Source: an uncultured virus (IMG/VR IMGVR_UViG_2821904334_000002) | Taxonomy: Duplodnaviria > Heunggongvirae > Uroviricota > Caudoviricetes | DNA: 63,470 bases | Virus record (IMG/VR): IMGVR_UViG_2821904334_000002 | Reading direction: 5' to 3' (one strand) | Part shown: piece by piece, positions 1 through 9,539 of the stretch | How positions within the stretch are numbered: the first letter of the stretch is position 1 | How the letters are laid out: every line of letters starts with the position of its first letter | Notes under the pieces: model-generated | Seen by the model: only the letters and a program-made list of their open reading frames with translations | Told to the model about the DNA's origin: nothing | The model's database searches: none | Translations under genes and position numbers: made by a program

Positions 1-1
1 A

Positions 2-937
2 GATACACAACATAATACAGAACTTATTTTTCAACTGTCTCAATTATGTAATAAACTGTATCCTTCAAAAGTAGTAGAAAGAAGAGGCACGTTTCCAATT
101 CGTTCAGACATGAAGATTACCTATACAGAACATGAGAAATTTGAAGCAACTTCTTACTTTTCTAAAGAGGAATACAAAGAATATCAGAAGTATTTAGAAT
201 TACGTAGTAAAATTCGCACACTTGCTATTTATGATAAGGTAAACCAAGAATTAAAGGTAGACTTGGTTCTTCCAAACCCGTATACCGATGCTTGCATTGA
301 TTTCATTATTTTAGAACTACTAAAACAAGGTAATGGTGAAAAGTGGGTTTGTCTAGACGATAAAGTGTACGTGTTGAAAGCAGAGTCCGTACACCGTATG
401 GATAAGTTCATTCGTATAAGAAAGTTACTAGATGAAGGGTATCGAATTATTGAACTTCTAAAACGAGAAAACGGAGTTGGGTATGAAAACATTCCAATCA
501 ATCGTTTTACACTACCTTTCATAGCAAACAAAAATGTAGAGTTCATGAACGATGTTTTATATAGTTTCACATTCCCAAGGGGTAGTAGAACGGAGTTGTT
601 CTTACAAAAGTTCTTTACGAAGTTTGATGGGTTTGATAGTTTGAAAGTAACTGATTTCTCAGAGTCAGAAGACTTTATCTTCCTTGATTTGTTATCTTCT
701 CCTTTACGTGAACGAGAAATTCAATTTCTATTTCAGGATATTATTTATGAAACGGAAGGGAATACAATAGAGGATTATTTTGTAATGGTTCAAACACAAA
801 AGGTGAATCGAGAAATAACAAATGTAGAAAGTTACTTCTTATTAGAAGGTAATCTAATACATCAGGTAGAAAACATAGAGCCATTCGTTACAGACATGTT
901 TGGTTTCCCAACTTATGTACTGAAAGACGAATACTAA
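2..937 (+). CDS. Unknown-function family A paralog 1 (5'-truncated by window edge)
   Basis: Frame open from nt 2; FPIRSDMKI matches the family YP(F/Y)RK.I.I motif; IPINRFT..F and Y.LLEG..I motifs shared with downstream paralogs. Confidence 0.75.
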   Translation, partial: DTQHNTELIFQLSQLCNKLYPSKVVERRGTFPIRSDMKITYTEHEKFEATSYFSKEEYKEYQKYLELRSKIRTLAIYDKVNQELKVDLVLPNPYTDACIDFIILELLKQGNGEKWVCLDDKVYVLKAESVHRMDKFIRIRKLLDEGYRIIELLKRENGVGYENIPINRFTLPFIANKNVEFMNDVLYSFTFPRGSRTELFLQKFFTKFDGFDSLKVTDFSESEDFIFLDLLSSPLREREIQFLFQDIIYETEGNTIEDYFVMVQTQKVNREITNVESYFLLEGNLIHQVENIEPFVTDMFGFPTYVLKDEY

Positions 938-1043
938 GATAAAGAAACAAGTAAATAATTTGAATAACTTCTAGTTTAATATAAGGACTATATGTTGAGA
1001 AGCATAATAGTCTTTTTGTTTACCCTCTTTTAGTAGAACTAAC

Positions 1044-1072
1044 TTGACAAAACAGGTAACTTTTGGTATAAT
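1044..1072 (+). promoter_or_regulatory. sigma-A promoter (extended -10)
   Basis: TTGACA-17-TATAAT preceded by TGG. Confidence 0.85.
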
Positions 1073-1127
1073 AGAAGAGTAATAAAATTCAATCCACAAG
1101 GTAGTGGAAAATCAGGAGGTACTGAAA

Positions 1128-2084
1128 ATGAATAGTAACACGAATAAACCGAATAAACAATCAATTGAAAGCGAACAGACTGGGTTCTTCATTAAGATGA
1201 ATGATATTGAACCGATGAGGGTGAAAACTGTAACAGAAATGGTATTAGAAAACCATAATGGCAGTGGTCAGTCTTTAACAGGATTCTACCCAGTACGTAA
1301 ACATGTAAGAGTAGACCAATCAAAAGTAGAATTACAGATGAGTGAATTTAGGTCAGAATATAGAACAAAAGACATTGATATGTATACGGAACTAAGAAAA
1401 CAAATACGTAAACATTACAATGATTCTTATTATGATAGTGAAATGTCTTTTAAAGAATTTGAAGAGTATTATTTTAAAGAAAATGATGGTAAACTACCAT
1501 TTGAAAATGAGGATATAAAAGACCATGTAGTAACTAAGGAAGCTTATGATACTTTCTTTATTAAACAAAAACTGAATAAACAAGCTATGGAGTTTGAAAT
1601 GTTACAAGAGTATTTAGATGCATTTAACTATTTACCTGTAAACAAACTTACAAAAAGCTTTATTGACTTCAAGGAAGGGGTATCTTTACTATCTATAAGG
1701 TTAGAAGCATCAGAGTACCAATCACAAACGATTTCAGCAAAAATAATTGCAAACTTACAGACAGGTAGTAGTCACTCATGGAATAATTTCGAAGTAGTAA
1801 ATATAGAGAAAACGAGTAATTCTTTCTATCTAAACTTACTATGTACACGAGAGGAAGAGGGAAACGTATTAGATTACTTAGGGTATGCTCTAAAGAAGTC
1901 AGGAGTATATAAAACATTTAAATGGTTCTTATATAACTTTGATGTAGAAATAGAACGTAATTTAAACAAAGAAAACTACAGTAAAGACTGGTATCACTTC
2001 TTTAAAGGTAATAAAGCTGGTAGACTGAAAGACATATTCGTAAAGCAAGAACAACAATTTTTAGACCATGATTTGTACATGTAA
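1128..2084 (+). CDS. Family A paralog 2
   Basis: AGGAGG SD before ATG 1128; YPVRK, YLPVNKLT..F..F.EG.SL, EVV motifs. Confidence 0.8.
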   Translation: MNSNTNKPNKQSIESEQTGFFIKMNDIEPMRVKTVTEMVLENHNGSGQSLTGFYPVRKHVRVDQSKVELQMSEFRSEYRTKDIDMYTELRKQIRKHYNDSYYDSEMSFKEFEEYYFKENDGKLPFENEDIKDHVVTKEAYDTFFIKQKLNKQAMEFEMLQEYLDAFNYLPVNKLTKSFIDFKEGVSLLSIRLEASEYQSQTISAKIIANLQTGSSHSWNNFEVVNIEKTSNSFYLNLLCTREEEGNVLDYLGYALKKSGVYKTFKWFLYNFDVEIERNLNKENYSKDWYHFFKGNKAGRLKDIFVKQEQQFLDHDLYM

Positions 2085-2099
2085 TAGGGAGGATAAACA

Positions 2100-2321
2100 A
2101 TGAATCACATGGATAAAGTTTGTAATGTACTTGAATTAGACTTATTTGAGAAATTCAACATCATAAAAGAGCGTCCTAACATATTTCAAAAGAATATCAG
2201 AAACCCTTATTACTTTACTGACGAGGGTCTAATAAATAAACATGGTGTGTTAGATAATCAGTTTTTAGCAGATTTAATCGTTGGTACTTTAAAACTAGAA
2301 AAAAGTAAGCAGGTAAGATGA
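2100..2321 (+). CDS. Hypothetical protein
   Basis: GGGAGG SD, 73-aa ORF. Confidence 0.7.
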   Translation: MNHMDKVCNVLELDLFEKFNIIKERPNIFQKNIRNPYYFTDEGLINKHGVLDNQFLADLIVGTLKLEKSKQVR

Positions 2322-2695
2322 TTAAAATGTATAAAAACGTTTATGTAGACCTAAGAGAATCACCAACAACTGGGTATATTTCAGTTTCCAATATGTTTCA
2401 CAAGAAAGACTTAGAGTCTAATTATCAAAACTATGTAGAAATATGCAAAGGTATCGGTAATAGGTATGAGTCTTCGAAGGGGTATGAGATATCCTTTCTA
2501 TTATTAACTGTCACATATGATGGTAGGAAAAGAAGTATAACTGATGAAGACATTATGAAGGCTATGGTTAAAGTAGGTTATGTCACACAAGTAGGAGATA
2601 GTATGTTAGGTGGCTTTTATTTAAAAACACCTAAATTAACGAAACTATTAGCAGACAAACTAGCTGAAAGAAAGTCTTTAGTTGGTATGGTATAG
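2318..2695 (+). CDS. Hypothetical protein
   Basis: ATGA overlap with the upstream gene; followed by a terminator. Confidence 0.7.
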   Translation: MIKMYKNVYVDLRESPTTGYISVSNMFHKKDLESNYQNYVEICKGIGNRYESSKGYEISFLLLTVTYDGRKRSITDEDIMKAMVKVGYVTQVGDSMLGGFYLKTPKLTKLLADKLAERKSLVGMV

Positions 2696-2701
2696 ATTAT
2701 G

Positions 2702-2731
2702 AAACACGTTGGCAAAAGCTGACGTGTTTTT
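2702..2731 (+). terminator. Intrinsic terminator
   Basis: AAACACGTTGGC-AAAA-GCTGACGTGTTT followed by T tract. Confidence 0.8.
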
Positions 2732-2748
2732 ATTGTATAGACTACATA

Positions 2749-2777
2749 TTGACAAACAAGGTAATATGTGGTATAAT
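2749..2777 (+). promoter_or_regulatory. sigma-A promoter
   Basis: TTGACA-17-TATAAT with TG extension. Confidence 0.85.
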
Positions 2778-2836
2778 ATAAAAGTAAGTTAAATCAAATC
2801 CTACGCATAAGTGGGTACAAAACAGGAGGAACTGTT

Positions 2837-3934
2837 ATGAATAAAAATGAAAAAGAAGTAAAATTAACTTTAGACTCTTACAACAAAAGGGTTAAAGAAA
2901 GAAAAGAAGAGTCGAAACTAGCTACGGATAAGACATTTCTAGCAAACCTATCTTTTAACGATGTGTCTTCAAAAGAAAAAGCAGTAAGAGAAAGAGGTTT
3001 TATTTTAGAAACGATTAGAAGCTTATATGAGAAAGATGAACTGGAAAACAAACCTGTTATTTCTTATCCTTTCTTGAAAATCGTAAAGATAAAGTGGGAT
3101 GTAGTAAACGAAGAACAAGATTACGTAAACCAGTATGAAAGTACAGAGAAATATAAGTACTTTAAAAACTTCTTGCATCAAGTACAGTTATTAAAAGCAA
3201 ACAAAATATTAGAAGAGTCATGTAACTTAAAAGGTAAGTATCCTGACTTATACTCTTTACCTATGAAGAAAATATTGAATAGATTGTTTGGTATGAAGGG
3301 AGATAAACTAGAGATTACTAGCTTCAAAACAAAAGAAGTAATTTTGATTACAAAAGAAGAGTTCGACCTTCATAATAAAGTACAAACTATTAGTTCAAGA
3401 CTATCAGTATTTTCTAGAATGTTTTATGATTTAGGTTTAGATTATCAAAAACAAAATAAGGAAGAAGCACTTCCTGTATCACCTAATTACTTAAAGTATT
3501 TAGACTTAGGTGAGAACCAAACAATTATAGAATTAACATTACCAACTTCTAATAAAGAGAGACGTAAAATTACTGAATTAATCGCAACTTACCTACTACC
3601 AAAGTTATTATCAAACGGGGTAGAGGTTGTAGGGTCTAGATTCTTTAAAGCATTTACAGACTTATATATTCAGTGTTCTAACGATGATGTACTATTTGTT
3701 TTGAAGTTGATTACTGAAACATATAAAAAGGTGAGTATACAAGCACATAGTTTGAATTCTAATACGTATTCTATAAATTATAGTCTAGGTATGGATATAA
3801 ACTACAATGCAGGAACAGAAAACCAGACATTAGAGTATTACACTTTATTAAATGGTGAAAAATTTGAACCAATTAAAGAAAGACTGGATTTTAAAGAAGA
3901 ACATTTCTTAACTGGTTTTAACTTATATAGATAA
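2837..3934 (+). CDS. Family A paralog 3
   Basis: AGGAGG SD; YPFLK, LPVS...YL, GVEVV, YYTLLNGEKFEPIKE motifs. Confidence 0.8.
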   Translation: MNKNEKEVKLTLDSYNKRVKERKEESKLATDKTFLANLSFNDVSSKEKAVRERGFILETIRSLYEKDELENKPVISYPFLKIVKIKWDVVNEEQDYVNQYESTEKYKYFKNFLHQVQLLKANKILEESCNLKGKYPDLYSLPMKKILNRLFGMKGDKLEITSFKTKEVILITKEEFDLHNKVQTISSRLSVFSRMFYDLGLDYQKQNKEEALPVSPNYLKYLDLGENQTIIELTLPTSNKERRKITELIATYLLPKLLSNGVEVVGSRFFKAFTDLYIQCSNDDVLFVLKLITETYKKVSIQAHSLNSNTYSINYSLGMDINYNAGTENQTLEYYTLLNGEKFEPIKERLDFKEEHFLTGFNLYR

Positions 3935-3941
3935 ATAAATG

Positions 3942-3974
3942 AACCGTGTTGGGTAAACTAACACGGTTTTCTTT
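3942..3974 (+). terminator. Intrinsic terminator
   Basis: AACCGTGTTGG-GTAAA-CTAACACGGTT plus T-rich tail. Confidence 0.8.
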
Positions 3975-3984
3975 ATACCTACAT

Positions 3985-4013
3985 TTGACATTTTAGGTAA
4001 CTTATGGTATACT
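3985..4013 (+). promoter_or_regulatory. sigma-A promoter
   Basis: TTGACA-17-TATACT with TG extension. Confidence 0.8.
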
Positions 4014-4096
4014 ATAATAGTAAAGTTATGAGATTTATAGAGGTAGCTATCTTTCTAAACCATACCTTTACAAATAAAACTGAAGAGGTGTTTTAA

Positions 4097-5131
4097 GTGT
4101 CAAACTTAAACGTAACAAACCATGATGATGTAGCTTATACTGAATTAACAGGCAATAGTCTTTTAGTTCGTATAACACCAAATGATTCTACATGTTTCCG
4201 TAATAATCTAGTAACAAAACTGAATATTGCAATAGGATTTGATATTCTTGATAATGTAGACACATCAAATGTCATTATGTACCGAAAAGATGTATCTATA
4301 GACAGTTCAAGTATTAAAGGTTCTGAGGAATACTGTAAGTTCTTTAGAAAAGACTACAGTACAAAGGTATTAGATGTAGTAGACATATCATTACGAGAAT
4401 CAATTTCTAGTAGAAGATTGGACGAAGAAGAAAGTGAGTACTTAGAACAGTGGGGTATCGAAGAAGGAACGGATATAGAAGTTCACTTTAAAGAAGCCTT
4501 AAAACTGTTTTTAAAATATAAAGGTTCAGATTACACATTAAACGTAGCAGGTTTAAATGTAAAGCATACTATTGAAGTAGCAGATATTGAAAGATATTTA
4601 AAATACCTTTCAGAAGATAATAAACTAAGCTTATTTAAGTTATTACGTTCAAGATTAAATACAAACAATAGTTTACCAATTAACTATGCTACAAAAGATT
4701 TTATTAAGGTCAAGAAAGGTAAAACATTAGTAAGTATTACAGTAAACGATGATTATGACTCAAGTGAGTTAATTAATAAATTCGTTACTGAAATAAACAA
4801 ACTACATGTAGGTGTAGTAGATTTTGTTAATTTCGCAAAAGAACGAGGTAGAATTCATCTTGGTATTTTGTGTGATAATAAAGACGCACAAGATATGTTA
4901 GACTTAATCGCTCTTTTATACAGTAACTTATATGAAGAAACTAGTTTAGTTTTAAGAGAAGACTTCTACTGTAATATTGAGATTGAGAAAAACCTTTCAC
5001 ACGAAGGGTATGAACGAGATATCTACTGTATAGTTCAGGGGTATGAATTTGAACCTATTACAAGTTTCTTAGAAGAGTTAAGAGCAGAAGATGAATCAAG
5101 GTATGTAATAGATATGGTTAAATTAGATTAA
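4097..5131 (+). CDS. Family A paralog 4
   Basis: GAGGTG SD, GTG start; YRKDVSI, LPINYATKDFI, IEIEKNL, YCIVQGYEFEPI motifs. Confidence 0.8.
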   Translation: MSNLNVTNHDDVAYTELTGNSLLVRITPNDSTCFRNNLVTKLNIAIGFDILDNVDTSNVIMYRKDVSIDSSSIKGSEEYCKFFRKDYSTKVLDVVDISLRESISSRRLDEEESEYLEQWGIEEGTDIEVHFKEALKLFLKYKGSDYTLNVAGLNVKHTIEVADIERYLKYLSEDNKLSLFKLLRSRLNTNNSLPINYATKDFIKVKKGKTLVSITVNDDYDSSELINKFVTEINKLHVGVVDFVNFAKERGRIHLGILCDNKDAQDMLDLIALLYSNLYEETSLVLREDFYCNIEIEKNLSHEGYERDIYCIVQGYEFEPITSFLEELRAEDESRYVIDMVKLD

Positions 5132-5142
5132 ACTAGGATATC

Positions 5143-5246
5143 CAACTTATTGACAAACGTAATACTATAAGCCATGTAAGTTTAGGGTGGTTCTAGTCAT
5201 TTACAATAAAGTCTGGTCGCTATATTGTAGAAACGTCAATAAGTTG
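5143..5246 (+). ncRNA. Candidate structured RNA (three-way junction) in 3' UTR
   Basis: Perfect 12-bp closing stem CAACTTATTGAC/GTCAATAAGTTG enclosing two hairpins with G-U pairs. Confidence 0.4.
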
Positions 5247-5252
5247 TTATTC

Positions 5253-5291
5253 ATAAATGGGGTAGGTCGATTAGACTTACTCCTTTATTTT
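5253..5291 (+). terminator. Intrinsic terminator
   Basis: GGGGTAGGTC-GATTA-GACTTACTCC followed by TTTATTTT. Confidence 0.75.
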
Positions 5292-5300
5292 GGTCTAAAC

Positions 5301-5329
5301 TTGACAAATAAAGAAACATATGGTATAAT
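5301..5329 (+). promoter_or_regulatory. sigma-A promoter
   Basis: TTGACA-17-TATAAT with TG extension. Confidence 0.85.
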
Positions 5330-5391
5330 ATAGAAGTAAGTAAAGATAAAGTCCTACAAAGGGTAGGCAAACTATAAAGACGAGAGGTCTG

Positions 5392-6393
5392 ATGAAAATG
5401 AAAACAGTAAAAACAGTTAAAACTCCCGATAGTATTGTAGTATTAACAGACGATAATGCAACAGGATATGTAGAAGCAATGAGTAAAAGTACAATCGTTG
5501 TAAACTCCCTAGAAGCAATGAGAAAACTAATAGGAAGTAAAGGTACACGTAAAGTAAACTTATATCCTTTTAGAAAGAAAATTGAAATAGATGAAGACAT
5601 CTATAACCAAGATGCTGAACTAGAGAGGAATTATTCTCATGAAAAGTATAGAGGTTGTAATAAACTTAAAGATTATATCTTAATAAATTCTAATCCATCA
5701 GAAAACAAGAATGGAAACTTATTTGATAAAAGGCTAGACGAGTATAAAGGATTATCATTACAGGGAATTATAGATAAGGCATTTGAAGATAAGGGTGGTT
5801 CTATTACACTTCGAGACGTAAAAGGAACTTGGTGTACAATAACAAAAGAACTTTTTATGGACTTCTTAAAGATGCATCAAACAAGAGGTAGAGTACGTAA
5901 GTTTGATAAGATTAGAAAAGAATTAAAAACTGAAAACTACGTACCTATCTGTAAAAAGACTTTGCCATACATTAGATTCAATAAGGGGTATTCATTAGTT
6001 ACATTTAAACTGGGTTCAGCAGAGGAAGTAGGTAAGTATATTTCTGATAATATAGCAAAAGGTATGACAGATTACGCTTTTCAACATGAAAACGAAGATG
6101 TAGAAATAGTAGACTTTAGTTATACAAATCATTTTACGCATCTTAGAGTATTGTGTAAATCAGAAGGGGTAGATGAGTTACTACGTATCTTTGCAGACGT
6201 GTATCGAAAAGAGAAGGTGTCATTCGTGGAAGCACATCACGCCTATATTACAGTTATAGACAATATAGGTCAAGAAGACGAGAAATCAGAATGGTATCAG
6301 TTATTTACAGGAGACGTCTTTAATGTAATAAAAGAGAGTCTTTTATATGAGAAACAAGAAGATTTATTCTACGGATTTCCTGTTTACAAATAG
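5392..6393 (+). CDS. Family A paralog 5
   Basis: YPFRKKIEI, YVPI..T..YI.F..GYSL, NIGQEDEKSEWYQL, FYGFPVYK. Confidence 0.85.
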   Translation: MKMKTVKTVKTPDSIVVLTDDNATGYVEAMSKSTIVVNSLEAMRKLIGSKGTRKVNLYPFRKKIEIDEDIYNQDAELERNYSHEKYRGCNKLKDYILINSNPSENKNGNLFDKRLDEYKGLSLQGIIDKAFEDKGGSITLRDVKGTWCTITKELFMDFLKMHQTRGRVRKFDKIRKELKTENYVPICKKTLPYIRFNKGYSLVTFKLGSAEEVGKYISDNIAKGMTDYAFQHENEDVEIVDFSYTNHFTHLRVLCKSEGVDELLRIFADVYRKEKVSFVEAHHAYITVIDNIGQEDEKSEWYQLFTGDVFNVIKESLLYEKQEDLFYGFPVYK

Positions 6394-6458
6394 TAAACGT
6401 TAATCATATATAGTCCTACAAGGGTAGGCAAACTAAAAGACAAAGGGGTCTGATACAA

Positions 6459-7484
6459 ATGTCATTTGTAATTTTAAACGAGGAAGAATATGTTAGAACT
6501 GGTGTAATAGCAAAGGATAGTTTTATTTTTAATTCTAAAACTGAATTGGAGGATAAGGAGTTACAAGAAGCTAGAGATAACCTTAAAACACATTTATTTA
6601 AAACTGTTCCTTCTGAAAAGACTTTTGTTAGTCCAATCAACACGTATCCTTACCGAAAAGAAATAGAAATAAATATAGACAAGTATTTAGGAGACAGAAA
6701 CAAGGTAGATGATTTTAGAAATTCTCCTACACATTTTGCTTGTACGAAGCTAAACTCATTAGTAAAACAGGCTTTAAGTGTAGTATATAAACATGACAGT
6801 GTATTAGGAGTACCAAGACATCTTATATACGGTCTAAAGAAATTAGAAGCTATAGAAACTATATTTGATTTTAATGGTGGTTCTGTAGAAATAGACCGTG
6901 GAAGAAGAGGGTTAGTTTTACTTACAAAAGAAGACTACAAAAAAGCAAGAGAAATTGAAAAGTTAAGAATCAAATTAATGCGTTTTAAACGAGTAGTAAG
7001 AGAAATAGATTCTGAAACATACCTACCTGTTAACTATAAAACGGCTGATTATTTGAAATTTAAAGAGGGGTATACATTATTAACATTTGTTCTTTCCACT
7101 TCTAGCAGACGTAGACTGAATGTAACAAATAGTTTAGTGAAACATATGATAAACGAATGTATACTAGGTCAAAGAGAAGGTTTAGAAATCGTAAACTTCT
7201 ATTATGATACGGATGCTCCTTATGTACACTTCAATATTTTATGTAAGAACGAGGATGCAGTAGCGGTAGACGATATGTGGTTTAATGTATATCACTATTG
7301 TCTATCTGAACTAAAGAACTTTAACTACTACATGTGGTTGGATAGAGAAACGAATATTGGTCAAGAAGACAGTAAAATTAGTTCTTATCAACTCTTACAT
7401 GGTGAGCATTTCAAACCTTTGATAGAGTCAGGTCTGTTTAAAGCAACAGGAGAAAAACGTGCAGGATTAATAGAAATAATCTAA
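6459..7484 (+). CDS. Family A paralog 6
   Basis: YPYRKEIEI, YLPVNYKT..YLKF.EGYTL, NIGQED...YQLLHG. Confidence 0.85.
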   Translation: MSFVILNEEEYVRTGVIAKDSFIFNSKTELEDKELQEARDNLKTHLFKTVPSEKTFVSPINTYPYRKEIEINIDKYLGDRNKVDDFRNSPTHFACTKLNSLVKQALSVVYKHDSVLGVPRHLIYGLKKLEAIETIFDFNGGSVEIDRGRRGLVLLTKEDYKKAREIEKLRIKLMRFKRVVREIDSETYLPVNYKTADYLKFKEGYTLLTFVLSTSSRRRLNVTNSLVKHMINECILGQREGLEIVNFYYDTDAPYVHFNILCKNEDAVAVDDMWFNVYHYCLSELKNFNYYMWLDRETNIGQEDSKISSYQLLHGEHFKPLIESGLFKATGEKRAGLIEII

Positions 7485-7490
7485 GGTATT

Positions 7491-7520
7491 AGGGTGTTAG
7501 GTAAAAACTAACACCCTTTT
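7491..7520 (+). terminator. Intrinsic terminator
   Basis: AGGGTGTTAG-GTAAAAA-CTAACACCCT-TTT. Confidence 0.8.
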
Positions 7521-7534
7521 CTTATGTAACTATA

Positions 7535-7563
7535 TTGACATTTTATGAAACTTATGGTATAAT
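7535..7563 (+). promoter_or_regulatory. sigma-A promoter
   Basis: TTGACA-17-TATAAT, spacer ending AAACTTATGG. Confidence 0.85.
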
Positions 7564-7622
7564 AGTTATATAAAGAGTAATAGTAAGAAAGTAGTTTTAC
7601 AGATAGACAGGAGGAAATAACA

Positions 7623-8648
7623 ATGGCAATGAGAGTAGACGAACTAGTAAACGCAGAACAGAAAGTATTCATTGTAAACATGCGACCTAAGAATGGTAGC
7701 GAAGAATTAGAGTCAGAGAAACGACATATGATTTCTACAACATGTATGAGTTTAAAAGGTAGAAAGATTGTGCAACCGTATAATGATAATACGTATCCAT
7801 ATAAAAAGAATGTAAACATTAATGAAGATACATATAACAGTATGTTAGCTACGATAGACAAGGTATATAAAGGTAGAGGTTTTAATATCGTTTCTATCTG
7901 TAAGGATTTCCGAAACATGGTAAGGCAGTCCATTAAAGATGGTACATTAAGACAAAATTTCGGTGTAGAGGAAAGTCAAGTTAGGGGTATGAACTTCCGT
8001 CAAATTATAGACTTTATCTTTGAACAACATAAAGGTAAAGTAGACGTAGAATTATCAGGAAAGTCTAACTTAAAAATTACACTAACTCAAAAAGATTTCC
8101 TAGAGTGGTTAGAAGCGAAAAGCTATTTGAAAGAAATTGATTCACTAGATAACGTACTAAACATGATAGGTGTTGCTAATCAAAACCTAACTGGTAAAAA
8201 GAAGCTACCAATCACATTCGAGACAAAGAAATTCATTAAATTCGATGAAGGACTAAGTTTAATTAGTTTCAGACTAGATTATACAAGTCAAGAAAAGCGT
8301 GAATATACGAGAAGATTTTTACAAAAAGCGATTATGAAAGCAGATTCACAAGGGGTAGAAGTAGTAAACCTATCTTATTCAAAGCATTTTGGTCTATTGA
8401 ATTTACTTGTACCAAATGAACGAGCAGAAGAATGTATTAAACTGTTCTTAGATATGTTTCCAAAACATGTACAAAATCAGCTATATAGTATGAATTATCA
8501 TCTAGACGTAGAGGTAGAAGAGAATATCGGTCAAGCAAATTGTAAGTCAGAATGGTACTATCTTCTAAACGGAAGTCGATTTAGTAGAATTAAAGAGAGT
8601 CTAGAGAAAGAAGAAAGAACATTTTTCGGATTTCCAATGTACAAGTAA
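7623..8648 (+). CDS. Family A paralog 7
   Basis: AGGAGG SD; YPYKK, LPIT..T..FIKF.EGLSL, NIGQ...SEWYYLLNG, FFGFPMYK. Confidence 0.85.
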   Translation: MAMRVDELVNAEQKVFIVNMRPKNGSEELESEKRHMISTTCMSLKGRKIVQPYNDNTYPYKKNVNINEDTYNSMLATIDKVYKGRGFNIVSICKDFRNMVRQSIKDGTLRQNFGVEESQVRGMNFRQIIDFIFEQHKGKVDVELSGKSNLKITLTQKDFLEWLEAKSYLKEIDSLDNVLNMIGVANQNLTGKKKLPITFETKKFIKFDEGLSLISFRLDYTSQEKREYTRRFLQKAIMKADSQGVEVVNLSYSKHFGLLNLLVPNERAEECIKLFLDMFPKHVQNQLYSMNYHLDVEVEENIGQANCKSEWYYLLNGSRFSRIKESLEKEERTFFGFPMYK

Positions 8649-8828
8649 GGTAAAGAACAGTATCTACCACACTATGTATCTATTAGTCTAGTCAAACTTT
8701 GGAAGAAATATGAAAGTAAGAGTAAAAGACGGTTTTCATTTTACCGAACAAGAGCAAGTAGGGGTATAAAATTATGGTAGTATTTCTATGAAACTAGGAA
8801 AAATAAGAGAAAGACAGGTGATAGAGAA

Positions 8829-9539
8829 GTGTGGCAAGGTCAAAATGAGCCTGAACAGAAAAGTAAGAGGTTATTAATAGGGGTATCAGTCGCTTCTGTC
8901 TTATTGTTAGGTGGCGTAGGGTATGGTGCTTATTCTTACTTTACGAAACCTACAAAAGTAGAAGTAAAATCAGTTGAGAAGTCAGAGAAAAGCAAGGTAA
9001 ACACCAAATCAGATGTTATCTTACAGAAAGATGTAGGTAAAGACATCGAAATTGATAACTCAACTGGATACAACGAAGAAGTTCAGAAAAAGATTGATGA
9101 AGGAACTAACCTTATGAAAGAGCAAGAAGGGAAGCAAGGAGACTCTTTAACTCAATTATCTGACCGATTCCAAGGAGCATTGGGAAACAAACCTGAGATT
9201 CATGAAGGAGAAGGGTTCTTGTTTCACGGTAAGATTACAATGAAACAGTTTTACATTAAGCAAACTGGTATTAGCATTTGTTTAAGTTCCGAAGGGGAGA
9301 TTTTAGCATTCTTCTTAGATGTAAAAGACGGAGAATTAAACAACAAGTATATTCCAGTTATAACGGGTGAAAACTTCACGATAAACCTAGATACAGAAGG
9401 TAGTAGTCTAGGTGTAAAACTTATAAACACCGATAAATGGGATATCAAACAGTATAATGCAGAAAAATACGTAGTATACAAACTAAATAAAGGGGTAGAT
9501 GGTCTTGAGGGTGGTTTCGAGTTCAGTAAAACTAACTAG
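8829..9539 (+). CDS. N-terminally anchored membrane protein
   Basis: Basic stretch followed by a hydrophobic helix (LLIGVSVASVLLLGGVGYGAYSY). Confidence 0.7.
   Translation: MWQGQNEPEQKSKRLLIGVSVASVLLLGGVGYGAYSYFTKPTKVEVKSVEKSEKSKVNTKSDVILQKDVGKDIEIDNSTGYNEEVQKKIDEGTNLMKEQEGKQGDSLTQLSDRFQGALGNKPEIHEGEGFLFHGKITMKQFYIKQTGISICLSSEGEILAFFLDVKDGELNNKYIPVITGENFTINLDTEGSSLGVKLINTDKWDIKQYNAEKYVVYKLNKGVDGLEGGFEFSKTN

Noticed and set aside
5150..5178. TTGACA as an additional promoter
   Set aside because: No -10 hexamer at 16-18 bp spacing; the hexamer lies mostly within the inverted-repeat arm.
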